From assembly GCA_012295275.1 (NCBI GenBank), contig CM022672.1:13144001-13208000 (forward strand): 64,000 bases of DNA. Reading direction: 5' to 3'. The notes below the pieces were generated by a model, which was given only the letters and a program-made list of their open reading frames with translations, had not been told where the DNA came from and did not search any database. The stretch is from Chrysomallon squamiferum. Its lineage: Eukaryota > Animalia > Mollusca. The position numbers and the translations under genes are program-made. Within the stretch, counting starts at the first letter, position 1, and each line of letters starts with the position of its first letter. Positions 1-26,019 of the stretch are shown one piece after another.

Positions 1-3000
1 AGTGTTCTGTTGCTTGTTCATTGAAACATGGAGTGTGGAATATAGTCTGTTATTTTATTATTCTGCAATAATTGTTAGTTATCAGCGGATTTTGTTTATC
101 TGAGTGTCTTATAGCCTGTTGTTTAGTTGTAGCTGGGAAGGATTAACTTTAAAATTACTTCCAGGTGGTTACATTGCCTTTATTAGATGAACATTCACAA
201 ATTAAGCAATGTTGTTGTTGGTCTGTTGAGTTGAATTACTTCCCATGTTTGTTTGTCTATTTATGTTGACTGTTACATAATATATTCATCTGTAAACATG
301 TATGCACACATACATAGATATTTATAAACAAATACACCAAACATATCTAGTTCTGTTGAAAAAGAGATTAACAAAGAGATGATATAATTGCAAGTGGGTT
401 TGTTTTAAGTGACTAAGCACTTAACACTTTAAAAGCAATATATACTGTCAGCATTTGTAATCTATTTTGAATGAGCAGATAACTGTTTAGTGAAATTCAA
501 GTGAAATATATTTTTACTTTGCAGTTAGCATAAATTATATTTAAAATGGACAGTGCAAACCTCAGATATTTCTTATATATGTCAATGCTGTGAAACAGGA
601 TAGAAAGAGAAAGAAAGGATAAGGCAATATAATTATATTTTATACATAGAGTCTAGACCATTTAAGTAGCTTCCTCTTTTACTGATCTATGTAGCTGAAT
701 AACTTACATTTTTGTAGCAGTTTTAGTTGTTTCCCATTCACATGCTCTGTATTCTTCAGACAGTTTTTTGATATTTGAGACCAAAATTCTGATGTACCCA
801 TTGATTAAATGGAGTTTGACATAGATAAACCAAGGTGCTTGTATAATCCTTCAGTATACTATATCAGCACTTGCAAAAATAGTTATTCTTTTTCTTTTTT
901 CTTTTATTTATTTTTACTGAAAATTATTCCTGTGAATTAACTGTTGCTGATCATGTAATTGTCATTGAGCTGTTTATGTTTACTGAACATTATAAAACAC
1001 ATTCGTTTTGTACAAATGGTCGAGGTTCTGGTAAGAACTATATAATTCAAATTTAACATGTGAAAAGTGCAGTTTATTAAATTATGAATAACACTTCTTA
1101 AAATTTTATTTTATAAATTTGTCACCAATGTATACACATGCAGATTTTTAAATGCATTTTTATTTCACATAAACATATACAGCCTTTCAGCAGAACCACA
1201 TGTAGATTTACATACAGCATGAAAGTTACTGCACTTTGCAAGCTATAAGTGTACTGTTGCCATGTTGTGAAGAATAACTGGTGGTGTAAATAATTGATGG
1301 TCCTGTGAACAATATATCCAGCATGCTATTTATGGCTAGCCATGAACTGACAATTCTGTATGTGACCGAGTTTGATATTTATAATAGTATTCAGTGTTAT
1401 GCTTGTCAGATAACTTCCCAAATGTTACTGTATATTTAAAATTTATGAAGAATAAGATCTTATACATATCAGTTGTTACAGATATTGTATTTGTGTATTG
1501 CAAGAAAATCTTACACAGTACTGAATAATTAGCAAATGGTTTACAGTATGAAGAAACCAGTTTTTCTTAAACTATTTCAAGAAATTTCTATCACCAGCCA
1601 CTAAATTTCCTTATGTTTTTGTAACTGTCATATTCCATTCTCTGAGGCTTCATTCACCCTTGGTTGAACCCCATTCAGAAACTGAAGAAGCACTGGAATA
1701 AACAATAAGTCTATTGTAGAAATTCAAGAGTAAGCAAATTCTGTAAGTGATGAAGATATAATTATTATATTTATCTCACTGATTTTTTGGCAGTGTGTCT
1801 TCTAGACACGAACAACTCACATTTATTGTAAACTTCTCCCATCAGCAAAAATAGCATTTCGTTACTTAATCATATTATCAGCATACTTTTACTACAATAA
1901 TCATGTCTGGGCCTCCAAGCTGAACAGAGGAACATGTGTATATAACTTTAAGTGTTGTTTGCATTGAATCATGTTTCAGGTATGAACAGCACCTTTGAGG
2001 CATTCCTTGCAGTTTATAGTTAACTTTTCTAATTTTCTCAACATTCTGCATTTTCTGATGTAGGCTGTTTGTTATGTTATGAGTTAGCGTGTTTTAAAGG
2101 TTTAAAACAACAAGGAATTAAACGAGTCCTAAATTAGTGCAAGTTTGGACATCTCTCATAGCTAGCACTACCAGACTTTTATTTTTTATTATTTTTTTTT
2201 TTTTATTAGCTTTTATTTTTTTTATGATGTATATTAACTCTTAAAATAAAAAAAAATAAAATAAAATAAAATAAAATGAATAAAAGAAAACAGTTATGAA
2301 ATTGTTAGTATTTGCTAAAGAATGTTTGCTTCTGCTAATAATATTGAAGTTCACAACATTTCACCATAATTGACGTAGAGAATGTGGGTTTCTTTAAAAT
2401 ATTGCTACTGCTGTTATTAATGTTGACAGAAGAAAAAAAAGGTTCCAGGCTTTTATAAGAATATACTTGATTTTATTTTATATTTAAAGACTAGGCACCA
2501 AAGCTCAGTGATAGTATTAATTTTAATGTTATTTCTGTTTAAGATGGTGTGTGGTGTGTGTGTGTGTGTGTGTCTGTGTGTGTGTGTGTGTCTCACATAT
2601 ACACAGGTTTTCATCATAATAAGTTTCAAAATAGCTTCAGATAAAAAAATTTAAAAAAGAAGAAAATAAAAGATTGTTGCTATTAATTAATTAACAGTTG
2701 TTTTGCTTATTAGTATGGAAGCACTAAATTTTCTTCTAAGAGCTGCATGGCTGCCAAGTTATGGCCTTTCTGTGCTATAAAATCTGTAGCTAAATGTAGA
2801 AATCTGGGGAGTTAGTGATCATAACAGGCTGGCAACAAATGTCAAACTGTAGCAGTATTGTGCTGTTAAAAATATACATTTCCTCCTCAAGAAAATTAGC
2901 TTTTCATGAGGTAATTTCAGAAATCCACCTTTCATTCACTGCAGTTTCTGATCAGGTGAAAATTGCACAAAAATTTAAACCATTTAGATGTTAATTGTAT

Positions 3001-3617
3001 CAACACTTAGCATATAGTTAGTTAATGAGTAAAACTATTAAGTATGTATCTCATGCTATTATCAGATAGTTTGTTTTATATGTTAAAATGATGTGTTTGA
3101 AAAGCTGGTGTGAGTCTTGTATTTCTGTATGCTGCTTGGATCTGTTTGTAATGATTATTTCAGCCATGTTTATGGGCATTAAATAATAATCAGAAGAAGT
3201 GGATGTGATGGTGTAAATACACACTGCACCTTATTTATTTATTTTATCTGTTAAGGATTTTTAAAATGTTTCTGTTGCCAAAACTGCACAGTTTCTAAAG
3301 GAATCTGCTAAAAACCTGTCAAATTATGTTAAGAAAGAAGGCAAAACTGGCTAGTTAATGTTCCACATGAACATTATTCAATTATTAAACCTTTGAATCA
3401 TGTTTCCTGGCATAGTCAGCCTAACTATTGTGAACTGAACAGGGTGTATTAAAAAAAATATAGAAAAAAATTATATTTTTAATTTTTTAATTATTTTGTT
3501 TAATTCAATTTTATTAACAGACTAAACTAAAGAAAAAATGGTGGTGTCTATTATAATGATGTATATAAGAAAGAAAATACTCTTATGATATTCAGTGGCT
3601 ATTTTTACATAATGGTA

Positions 3618-3745
3618 ACAAGGGATCTATTGATGTATAACCTATGTAAAGGGGAATGTATATAGCAAAGACTGACTTGCCAATCCCATGATGCTGGTTA
3701 GAACAGGAAATAGCTCACTGGGTGCATTGAGGAGTGTTGATTATG
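3618..3745 (-). mobile_element. Degenerate tRNA-derived SINE fragment in the Abl intron
   Basis: acaagggatctatt...gctggttagaacaggaaatagctcactggg..gttgatt is the reverse complement of motifs in the copy at 37428-37545 (ggctgtttctctttccaac, ggatcgatcc). Family recognised from memory of gastropod SINEs. Confidence 0.5.
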
Positions 3746-4585
3746 TGGCTACCTTCTTCCAAATTTAAGATTATGTAGAACTGACTAGTGTAACCAGTAC
3801 CTGATTACTTTTTCTTTTTTTTGGTTGAAGTAATCTTGTTTGAAATAAGAAATGATTTACTTCAGTCTCTCTGATCATACATACATATATATATATATAC
3901 ATATTGCTGATAAAGTTTTTGTTTATGTGCACAGATATTTTTTTCTTCTTTCTTATTTTATAAATGAAATGAAATAAATAATAGATTTTAATTTCTTTTT
4001 ATTTTGTTATTTAAATTTGCTTTCAGCAGTGTTAAATTACTTAACATTTTAATATCCATTAAAAAAAAAATATATATATATAGCCTTTGTTTGTGTATTT
4101 TAACATAAACAAATTATTGGCAGTAATGTTATTTTTGTATCAGTTGATAATTGTTGTATAGGTATTTGTGTGTATATGTAAGATTCTAGTTGCTGTCCTG
4201 ACATACTAACAAGTATTGGTTTAGCCTTTAGTGTGACGGTAATTTCCTTCTTGCCTCTGGCCTTAATCACAGAACATGACACACAGATGTCAGCTAATCA
4301 CCTTGGTGATGAATTGTAGATGTGGGAAGAGAAGAAATTCTGAAACTGAACATAATGATAATTGCTCTGGTCAGCACAACATGAATTAATTAGCATCATT
4401 ATCCCAAAGTAGAAAAAATTAGTCATTGTTGTAAATCAACCGACATGGATAAGCAGGGGTCTCCTCCATATAGTCGTTTGTCTACAGCTCGCAGCAAATG
4501 TGAGGTAACCCTTTTGAAATGTCTCACCTTCCTTTGATACAGGTGACTGCTCCTGAACATCCTTGTTGAGAACACGTGTTGTTGA

Positions 4586-4617
<32 letters not shown>

Positions 4618-6339
4618 TTGTTACTTAGTATCATGACTCATGCATGCTTGGTTTTCGTTGGCTTTATTCTTCTCATTAAGATTATGGCTTTCATTAATAC
4701 TTGCTGTATTTATTCAGCTTTTGCTTTCAAGTGTGGGTCGTTTCTCTTTCAATACCTCTATGATGGAGTGTTGTTATTTCACACAGCTAGGGCTTAATTA
4801 GCTGCATGTTTGTTACAGCAAAAATGAGTTTAGAGATGGTTCACTGGTAGGTGCACAGTGCGAGATTTAAAATACTTGAACACGCTTGCAGACTGCTTCT
4901 GAAATAACTGGGTCGAATTAATCAAAATCAGAGACTGATCCATAACTTTGTAAAAGAAGAGGTAACATCATTCTAGAAGCGTAACTTTCAAGATGGAAAT
5001 TAATTTAATTACATTAAAAAAAAATAATAATAAAAAATAAAAATACAAGATGCAGGCTGCTTGCTGTAACCTTGGACCTGTATGAAAATATTTATTAGAA
5101 AAAATACATAGAACTGAATAGATATTTACTTAAAATGACAAATACAAAGAAACAATATTTTCATATTTGAATGTATTAATCTGTGAAGTATGTATTAAGG
5201 TATAGCTGCAGTGACAGTCATTAAACCATTTCACATATACATGCTGCTCAGTGAACTTACTACCTCAAAGAAAATACTTGAGTTATGAAAAAAACTTGGT
5301 GACAAAATACACTTAAATAAATATTAAACATTAAAAAATAATAATAAATAAATAAAATCCCCACATTTATCCAGCATTTCTCACATTTTACATGGCTGAA
5401 AACAAAATTCTTATTCTGCTAACTGTATTAAAGCCTCAGGTATTTTAGGTGGCTAAATATATTTTACTTTGTTACCTGAGTACATGATGTGTGACCAGGT
5501 CTGACAACACAGTTTAAGCTTTCTGGTTTTCAGGTTCACTTCTTGGTTCATTTCTAGGTGTCACCTGAGTATGGATGTAAACTTACACGTAACTTGTCAC
5601 CTTTATAGAATTGTTTGATGATGTGTCCAGGTGAGCATATATGAACCATTACTGCACATGAACCTGGAAATAATGTTTAAATAAAAAGTCCAGTTGAGTT
5701 ACCTGTCAGTCATGGAAAACGAGATATTTTACATTTTGCATTCAGTTTCTGATTAAAGGTTTATAATTACATATATTTTTAGTTCTAACAACTATTATAT
5801 GTTTTAAATTGGCCATCTCTTTTTCATCATGTTACAGCAGTTCTCTTTATTTGTAATCTAATGCTGTAATGGTGCAGTACATTGAAACATCACATTTAAT
5901 ATAAGAATGCAATACATTTCACTTAGCTAAAGATACGATTCTTCTGCATCTAATGGAAGCTACTCCAGATGTTTTTACAATCTGCATACAGAATTGTTAT
6001 TGTTGTTACATAAATAATTAGTATTAAAATAACAATAGATGCTTGGTTGTCATGGTAAGTAATTATTAAAACATATCTGGTATAGCAAAATATATTTTTA
6101 AAAATTGTTTTAATTTCGATTCTAACTCTGAGATTTCCTTTAAATTTCTAACTTCCTTGTTATCAGTGGATTTAGTTTGGTTACATTGATTTAGTAGGTT
6201 GAGACTGCTATTATGACAGGTTGTCGTAGCTGCTGGATAATTAACAGTTACTACAGGTATCGAATTTCAGCATATAAATAGTACAATTACTGAGTCATTT
6301 ACATGTGTGCATGTGTATTTTGCTTGTGAATATGTATAT

Positions 6340-6380
<41 letters not shown>

Positions 6381-6615
6381 AATAACTAATGTCACTGACA
6401 TGGACATATCAAACACGAGCACTTGGCATTTATATAACTAACTTTAAAGTTTAGAAAAAAAAGGTAATTGAATAAGTAGTAATGAATATTGCAACAGTTG
6501 TATTTTTCTTTAACATATAGGTAGCGTTTTGTTCTCATGTTAACAATGCAAGCATTATAAAAACATTAATACACACTTTTTAATTGTTTAACATCTGTGC
6601 TGTGATTTCAGTATA

Positions 6616-7333
6616 CAGTCACATCTGCATACATGTAATGCAGGCACCTGTCTATGATGGACAGTCTGAGGTTCCCAGCACCATTTTCCTGTATTTTTAT
6701 TTCTATATAAAAACCACTTATAAAAAAATGTCAGTGTTTTATTATTTTTTTTATTAGATATGATGAACACTGGTCTTCTACACTTTGTGTAAAGGTTATC
6801 ACTAGTCTTTCTAGGACAGGTGTCTGTCCTTAAACAAGCAGAGTTAAACAAGTCAACTTCAGCAGAAATTAAATACTATTGTAGTCTAATAGTTTTAAAA
6901 TTTATTACCAAAATGCCACCCAAACAGTGCAAGCCAATCACTTTACCACTGGATCAGAGGGTAGATGTCATTTAAAAAAACAAAAACTAAAAAAAAACCC
7001 ACCAAAAACAGAGATAGAAATTAAATGCTAAAAGAATGGGTGAATGTTTTGGGGCGGGTAGAACTCAGATTGATGGCATTTCAAAGAAAAATGCTGATTA
7101 TGATAATAATGAGACCTCTGACAGAAAATAGATGGAAATTTAATTTCTTTTTCACATAATAAAATAGGATGTAGCTAAGTGCTTGTTATTTCATTTTTTA
7201 ATTACATTTTTGTGCATGTACGTGGATTTTTAATAGTTCTAAAGCAAACATCTTGGATCTGTATTTGGCAACCTCTCTTTGGCAGCCATTTGTGCCTGGT
7301 TCTATGAGTGGCTGTCATTGATAGGTTTGACTG
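6616..7333 (+). mobile_element. Non-autonomous pogo/Tigger-type DNA transposon relic with a CENP-B-type HTH fragment
   Basis: Ends are TA|CAGTCACATCTG ... ATAGGTTTGACTG|TA (degenerate TIRs, TA target site). Interrupted coding remnant from 6913: MPPKQCKPITLPLDQRVDVI* ... AKRMGECFGAGRTQIDGISKK, resembling the N-terminal HTH of pogo/Tigger transposases. Confidence 0.7.
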
Positions 7334-7637
7334 TACATGACATTTAATATAATAGTTCGTCCTATTTCTTGTTATACATCATATTACAAACTATTCATTT
7401 TATTTATTTTGCATATTCTGAACTTTAAGAAGGTATGTTTCTTTTCTTTTTTTAGAAAAAAAGAGCCAGCAGAAACAAATCAAATATATAAACAGTGCTG
7501 AATTTGAAGTCTTCTGAATCAAACTTTTTAAACCACAATGTAGATGGCTTTATTTATTTTTGATGAACCTAATTTTTTTAAAGATTAAACTTGGATTAGA
7601 TGAAATTAAAAATTTGTGTAACTTTCTGCCATTTCAG

Positions 7638-18138
<10,501 letters not shown>

Positions 18139-21100
18139 AGTTTGATTCATCCCTGTGTGAGAGAACTTTTATAATTAAAACAATTTATTTTGTGTGGCTT
18201 TTAGCCAAATTGTGTCAGTTTTTATGGAAAAAGAACTTTTTACAAAAACAAAAATATTAATAATACAGTTGGCATGTCTGCATGTGAATATGGCTAGTTT
18301 GAAGCACATTTTTATTGCAAAGAATTGTGGAAGAAAATGTAATTGCTTCTTGTGTGTTTTGTTTTTAATTTTATTACAAAGTCATTTTAAATTTGTATAT
18401 TGTTAGAATATCATTTACACTCAGTATTTTTAAAGTTAAAATTTACTCTGATTAAAAAATTGTAAATATTACTTTTATTTAATAATTTTTTTTTCCCCTT
18501 TAGTAATTGTTACAAAAGTTATTTTACTATAATTATTAAGATTATTAACATTATTAATTTAATATATTTGAAAAAATTAAATATTCAATGTACAGGTTTT
18601 ATTTTCAGACAATGAATTATGATATGTATATTAAATCTTTACTATTTATAACTTAAAATATTACCTTTAATCCATTTTTATAATAATAAATTTATATACC
18701 AATCATAAAAATATGTAGTATATACATATGAAATCATATTGATGTAGCAGAATTAAATGAATTTTGACATATTGTTACTAACCTAAGCTTACCCAAAATT
18801 TACATAACTCTAAATTAATCTTGAAGCAAGAACATTTTCATTCACAATTTCAAAAAGATGTTTTTTTTTTTTTTTTATTTATTAATTATTTTTTTTAATT
18901 TTATAAATGGGATTGAATGTGTGACTGTTTTATGTTTTATGTGTGGATTCAGTAAGTTCTAGTGAAAAAAAAATATTAATGAAAAAGAAATGTTTTTTAA
19001 ACTTCAGTTTTTGCAATTTTTATCAAAACGGCTGTATAAAATAGTTAAATAAAGTATACTTTGTGCCAGTCACTGTCTACTGTTTGTATGAGTGAAAACA
19101 AACTAAAAAATCCATCCATCTGTTTATACAGTGTAATTCAGGCCAGATTTTTTTAAAAACATTTCCACTAAAGCAAAGATTAAGGATGTGCTCATTTATA
19201 TTTTAAATACATTTCGACGTTGCATTTCATTACTTAATCTTCATTATAATCCAGATCTTTTCAAAAATCGTAATAAACAAAATTATATTTTATTTATAGT
19301 CCAAATATAAAAATCACTGTTTGAAGTTTGGCTCAGGTAAAAACAGATGAGAAGATAAAATGTGTATTTATAATGTTAATACGTGTATCCTTTGACTAAC
19401 TTCCAAGTGAATAATTTCTGGTTTAATTGATCAGCAGGAATATATTTTTGTCAAAAACTTATATTTGAAATGGTCAATGTAAAAAAATGTAAACAATATA
19501 AATAATTATCTTTCAGATCATTCTAAGCAATAAGCTGGACTTGTTGAAGATTAAATATACTGAAATGTAGAGTTACATTTTACAAGATAGCTCATGGAAA
19601 TTTTTAAGAATATCAAATGATATATATATATATATATATATCTTTATTTTTTATTACTTTTTTTTTAACATTACATTATCTTTCTTCTGAATCATTGTCA
19701 TAGAATAGCTCAAGTACAATTAAACAATTTTTATTTTAGTTCGTATTTAATTAACAATGTCATGATGAAAAAAAGATGTTTACAATTCACTTGTAATCTG
19801 AGATGAGTATTTTTACTTCATATTTTATTTTTAAAATGTGCAAGAACCTCTTCAATCTGTTTTAACATAATCAGTTAATTTTTCTGTAATATCTTAATAT
19901 ATCAGAAATTATGATAAAAACAGTATTACATTTTTAATTTTTTTTTTTTTTTTTTTAAATACATTTTTTTTAAGCTTGTAATCCAAACTAAAACAATTAG
20001 TGAATCAACAAATTCTATCAATTAATAAAATAAGAATGCAGATATCAAGAATTGAATTTTTACTTACTACATAATGGAAATATGTTTACAGTTTCATATT
20101 TACAGGCTGTATGATGTGTTTAAAAAATTACAGATTAATTCATTTGTTCACAATCTGAAACATAGACAATTAAATAACAAAGATCTGTTTTCCTTCAGAC
20201 TCCAGTTACCAGTGCAGATGAAATACCTTATTTATTTAATTTGTTTTTTTACTTAAATAAGATTTCCTCAAATATTCTGTTCTTTGAACACCATCTCTAT
20301 CAATCTTATGTATTATGTCACATATTAATTTTCATATTTAAATGCAATGGTACGCAAGATACTTAAGAATAGATTATAACCAGATCAGTTATGTTTTAAA
20401 ATGATCATTAATTTCTCTTTCTTCTGGTATGGGGGTTAGGTTGTTTACTGTTACATTTTATTATTCTTTACTTTATTTTACTCTCGGTTGTTTTTAAAAA
20501 AAAAGCAAATTGTACAATGTTCATAAGCATTTATTTACAAGGAACAAAAAAAAATACCACACATATAGTAGTTGTTGAATTTGTTATGATAAAATTAATT
20601 TTTGATAAATTTCAGTTAATATAAAAATATTAATAATAATCTTACAGATAATTGTGGAATGTTGTTATTAAAATCAAATGGATGTTTGTTAAATTTCAGT
20701 TAAAAAAAACAAAAACAAAAAAAAAACCTTACAGATAACTGTGGATTCTGTTACTACAGTAAAATCGATTTTTTTTTTTTTATCTTTCAGTTTGTAGAAA
20801 TTGTAAAATGTCTTTGTACTTAAAAAGAAAAAAGGAAACTAATGTAGCTGATATAAAAATTAGTAGAATTGTGATGTATATAACTGTTGCTGAAGATTGG
20901 AAAGTGTGGCTGTCTGTGTTCTGTGATTCATGTTCTAAGTGCAATGTTTAGCAGATTTCATGTCCTTTTAATTCAGATTTCTTTACAGGAATGTTTTCCA
21001 TTCTGTTGTTACTTTGTTACTTCTTTTTCCATTTTTTATTTATTTTTTCTTAAATATTTCTTATTTCTTGTTATTATTATTCCTGTTATTATTTTTTAAT

Positions 21101-22108
21101 TTTTATGGCCATTTTTTTTTTTTTTTTTTATATATATGTTATAGCCTGCATTCTTTTTTAAGATCTATATGGTTATTTTATATATATATATATTATATTA
21201 TTTTAATTTAATTTTTGCTGTCTGCCATGTGACCATTTGCTTTCATAAAAAAAATTACAACCTCTGTCGTATTGTTCCCTTACCTTTTATCATTTTGCTT
21301 ACTTTACTTACTTTTATTTTGACTTTTCTAACAACTAGTTTATTTATTTTGTTTATTATTTATTTTTTGGCTCTAACCTTTGTGACTACTTGCTTTCAAA
21401 TATACATCACAGTTGTTCGTTCACTTGCCCTTTTATTTTGTCATGTTTTTATGTACTGTATTATATTTAAAACTTTATTTTTTAAATTATTTGTTGTACT
21501 TACTTAATTTCCTTTGCTCTGAAGTTTGTGACAGTCACGTACATCACAATCTCATCCCTGTTGCTCCATTTTCTTCCGTGATTTTCTTCTTCATCATATT
21601 TTAAAATCTATATTATAATTTTTTTTATTATTATTACTTTTATTTTATTATTATTATTATTATTTTATTTTTTTTCACCATTTGCTTTCCAATATACACT
21701 CAGATCTCCACTTGACTTCAACAAATTCTTCCAACATTTCTTTCTAATTTTAATTTATATATCACATAGAGATTGCATTTAATATGTGTCTGCTATAATT
21801 CATTGTCATATTACATTCATGTACGATACAGATTATCATTATATATATATATGTCACAAAATAAAGAACAAGTTGTAAAATACTTCATATAATTATCTTT
21901 TCTTTTTGTTCTTTGCATTCTGCTTCTTATTTCCAATCAGAAATTTTTCATGTTATTTTTTTTTTTATCACCTCTGTCTCAGCCATATCATTAGCCATTA
22001 GTAATCAGAGAAAGATTTTTATAAAAATAAAATAAAGTTAATTCACATTTGTGATTACAAATACAGGCATATTGTTTGGATTATTTTTTTCATTTTATAA
22101 CTTCTGCT

Positions 22109-22110
22109 AC

Positions 22111-22186
<76 letters not shown>
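22109..22186. repeat. (AAT)n(ATT)n self-complementary microsatellite
   Basis: An AAT run switches directly to an ATT run. The same arrangement occurs at ~31560-31615. Many other (ATT)n and (AC)n tracts are present, e.g. 2555-2592, 6342-6377, 26883-26935, 40112-40170. Confidence 0.9.
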
Positions 22187-22188
<2 letters not shown>

Positions 22189-23055
22189 AATGATAATGAT
22201 ATTGATGGATTTGGAACTAGGGGATAAAAGGTTCTCGTGTAAGGAGGAATTAAATACAAACAAAACTGAGTAAATGTTATTATCAATTTACTCATTGTTT
22301 TCAATTAAATATATAAAAAGAAAATTTATTATGCAAATACACAAATTTATTTTCACTAATTCTTAATGCAACAGGACATTTTAGCTTCTCTGTAAGGACA
22401 CAAACCAAGCATTCATAACATTGACTAAATTACAGACTTTTTAATGAATGCAGACAATAAACTCCAAAATAAATTTATTTATTAAAATCGCTAATTATTA
22501 ATGTCTTTCGTGTTTGATGAAATGAATATAAAATGACCTTGTTATGAAATGCACACCATAAGCTTGATTAAATAACATTTATTTATTAATTGTTTAAGTG
22601 TTAAAGTGATAAACGTGCACAGTGGAATGAATTTCACTTCTAGGGATATGGGTCTCTGTTGTTTGCCCTGTTACAGATTATGGGCTAGGGAAGCTTAATG
22701 GTTGTAATATTCTTCAGCAAGGGACAGTTCACAAACGGACGACACCAGTGAAAAAAAATGAAGCATTAAATAATCTTCCTTATGAAAATCTTGGCGTATA
22801 AAGTTATAATATCAAGAAAATTCCGTAGATATTTTGTACGTCTTCAGCCTTAATTCAGTTTTGAAATGGGTTATAATAACTTTTTGAATAGCACTGCTAT
22901 TAAATAACAGTTTAAGTAACAATGACAATAAAAACAGTTTTAAGACATTTTATTTTTCAACATAAGAAAGTGAAGGAAAAATCTTGAAGGTGAACAATTT
23001 TATTTATTTTTGTCATTGATATTATTATTATTAACATCATCCTCATCATTATTTA

Positions 23056-23105
<50 letters not shown>

Positions 23106-23398
23106 CAGAACTGATCCTGTTAGAACAGTTTAATAAGCAGTAAAGAAAATAATGAATGGTTGTTACTAAAGATAACTTCAAAACAGATAGCCAGTAAGTA
23201 CACAGTGATCAAAAATATTCCTTTCTTGTAGAAGCCGTTGTGATGTGTAGATTTTTATATCTGTTGTGTATTTCAATGAAATTCTTGACTAAATGTTTAA
23301 ATCTGGTCACATTTAGTTGTTATTTTTTAATTAATTCAAAACCTTTTTTAATCATATTATTATTACTATTATTATTATTATTTATTATGATGATGATG

Positions 23399-23462
<64 letters not shown>

Positions 23463-24029
23463 TTGAAAAATGAATTCCATGTAATTATTGTAAATGCTCA
23501 AGTGTATTTTAAATAAAACATTTACATCTGGTTTATAGATTTTATTTTTCATCTGCTCTACAAGTTTCTTTTCGAGCAATGAGTTACTTGCCTTGCAGAT
23601 CCGATTCTGTTATTTTGCTTCACCACACTTCAGACATTTATTTTATTCCCCAACACTATTAACTTTCTACATTCTGTTTCTTCATAATCTTAGTTCCATT
23701 ATTTTTAATTGTTGGTGATAACATTTCATTTCAGCAGTCTAACACATAAGTATATTTGAAATACATGGTCTAAATGATTGTGTACACTTCCAAATTGTTC
23801 TTTTGTTTGATGATGGCAACCAATCTTTTCTAATAATAAAATATGATAATAAATTGAAAAGTTCAGAAGGACAAATAAGACCATTTTCCATGACATTTTT
23901 TAGACAGAAGTAATAGCATGTGTTAAAAAAAAGTCCTAAAAGACTGAGCAATTTGCTGACTCGTCTGACAGTGAACAAAATGTTAACATGGAAAATAGTA
24001 AAATGTCATTTTCTATGCATTGTCATGAA

Positions 24030-24080
<51 letters not shown>

Positions 24081-25904
24081 TCTGTTTAGCAATTACTGGC
24101 CAGTGAAGAAAATATGAAGCAATAACTTGGAAGTTTACAAAATATGTTTAAACCATTTATATATATTAATTGTTCTGTTTATGAAAACACTTTTAAAACA
24201 TTCTAATAGATGCATTTCTTTACATGGAGATTTTTAATATAACAAATTAAATACATTCCTATTAATAACTGGAAACAACATTCTTACTTTAATATCTGCT
24301 TTACTGAGTTTCATATTTGTGAATTTATTTTAACAATATAGCTGATTTCTTTATTATCATCTTAGTATGGGCTTAGGATATGTGAATGTCTTCATATTTC
24401 TGCTTTGAAGAAAAATATTCTGAAACTAAATGTCTCTTTTCAATTTGTAAAATCTGAAAATGTTCTGAATTGATTAATTTTACAAGGGTTTGTACATTTG
24501 TTTTCTAATTAACAATTGAAAGCACACTTAAACTGGCTAAATTTCATTAGTCTTAAACATATGATATTTTTCAGATTAAAGTTATTCTTTTTTTGCATCA
24601 GTATTTTATTTTATTTTATTTTATTCTTTTTGTTCATTGAATTGGAAATATTAAATATATACTATTTAGTTTATACATCATTTTCAATGCAATTTATTTA
24701 TTTTAATTTGAATTGTTTTTATTATTTTTATTACATAAGACTTATAAATTTATTATTTTAATTAGCAAGTGCATTGTGATTACCATCATCAGCATCAATT
24801 TTTTTATATTTTATTTTGTAACTTTTTCTAATTTTTCTAATTTTTTTAATAGGTGCATATATAATTATATTTCATCACAGCAGAAGAATTCAAAGATATA
24901 TATTTAAACAGAATACAATGACACTCACAAAGATTTAAAAAAATAAAATGAAAAGACTAAAAGATTGGGAAATTGGGCAGCTGCTTTTAAAAAGAAACTA
25001 AATAATAGTAGAGGGCATAATTTTGTACATAGCCAGGCAATATTTGTTATATCTGTATTGTTTATTAAATAATTACCTTTCAGTGAAATCATGTTAATTT
25101 CTTAGGCAAAAAGAACTCGCAATGTTGTAAAACTGAAAGAGACAAACGATGAATTAAAAGTAAGCTAAGACAAAACTGATCTACAACTGTATATTGAAAT
25201 GAATAAAAATTAATTGAAATACAGCTAACAAGGATGAGTAGAAACTGTTGATTTATTTCTTTATCTAGTGTTTAATAAACATATTTCTATTATGTTAAAT
25301 TAATCTGGTCTAAATGACATGCACTGTTATATTAAACATTTTGTTATCTTGTTTGCTAAAACAGGTAAAATCTGATCTTATTGAGTGATTCCGTAGACAA
25401 TTTTACAAAATTGAAATTTCTGGTATTATGTGAAAGTAATGCTATTTTCCATCAAGTTGGGATATCTTCTGTTTACATTAGATCAATATTCTCTACATGA
25501 ACTGTTCTATTCCTAATAAAATTTTTACAAAAATGAATTTTTAAATATTGTTATAACTATGAAATTTTCATGTGTTAGATGAAGCAGACGCATTCTTGTG
25601 TACAATAGTGTTTAAATTCTGATCCAAATGACATTGCTCTTTGTAAAATGTTTACAAAACTTAATTTAATGATGTATGAAAGCTGTTATTTTTCATCATG
25701 TTATGAATGAGTAAAAATATGTTCCAGTTTACAATTAGATAAAAATACTCTAAATTGTTCTGTGAAGACTTTAGAAAACTGAGTTCTGAAATGTGTTGAT
25801 ATAAATAAAGGGAAATATGTCCTCGTTTACAATAGCTCAAACATCTGATGTGAAAACGTTTTGGAGTGTGGTCAGAATGAGAGTCTGTCAGTTGATGTAG
25901 TTGT

Positions 25905-25937
25905 TGTAAATAGTTACTATTTATACAGAGAAATAAA
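25905..25937 (+). terminator. Candidate distal Abl polyadenylation signal
   Basis: TGTAAATA (Pumilio-type element, 25905-25912) followed by AATAAA (25932-25937), where the CpG-poor sequence ends. A proximal AATAAA also occurs near 21859. Confidence 0.4.
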
Positions 25938-25988
25938 ACATTTACTTAGTAATATAATGATTAATTAAAAACTAACTGTATTGCTCAG

Positions 25989-26019
<31 letters not shown>

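Noticed and set aside
4445-4504. Possible alternative Abl first exon MDKQGSPPYSRLSTARSKCE|gtaacc
   Set aside because: The donor is phase 0 but the exon at 7638 needs phase 1. The phase-1 donor (AAAT|gtgagg) creates TAA on joining, and there is no myristoylation Gly.
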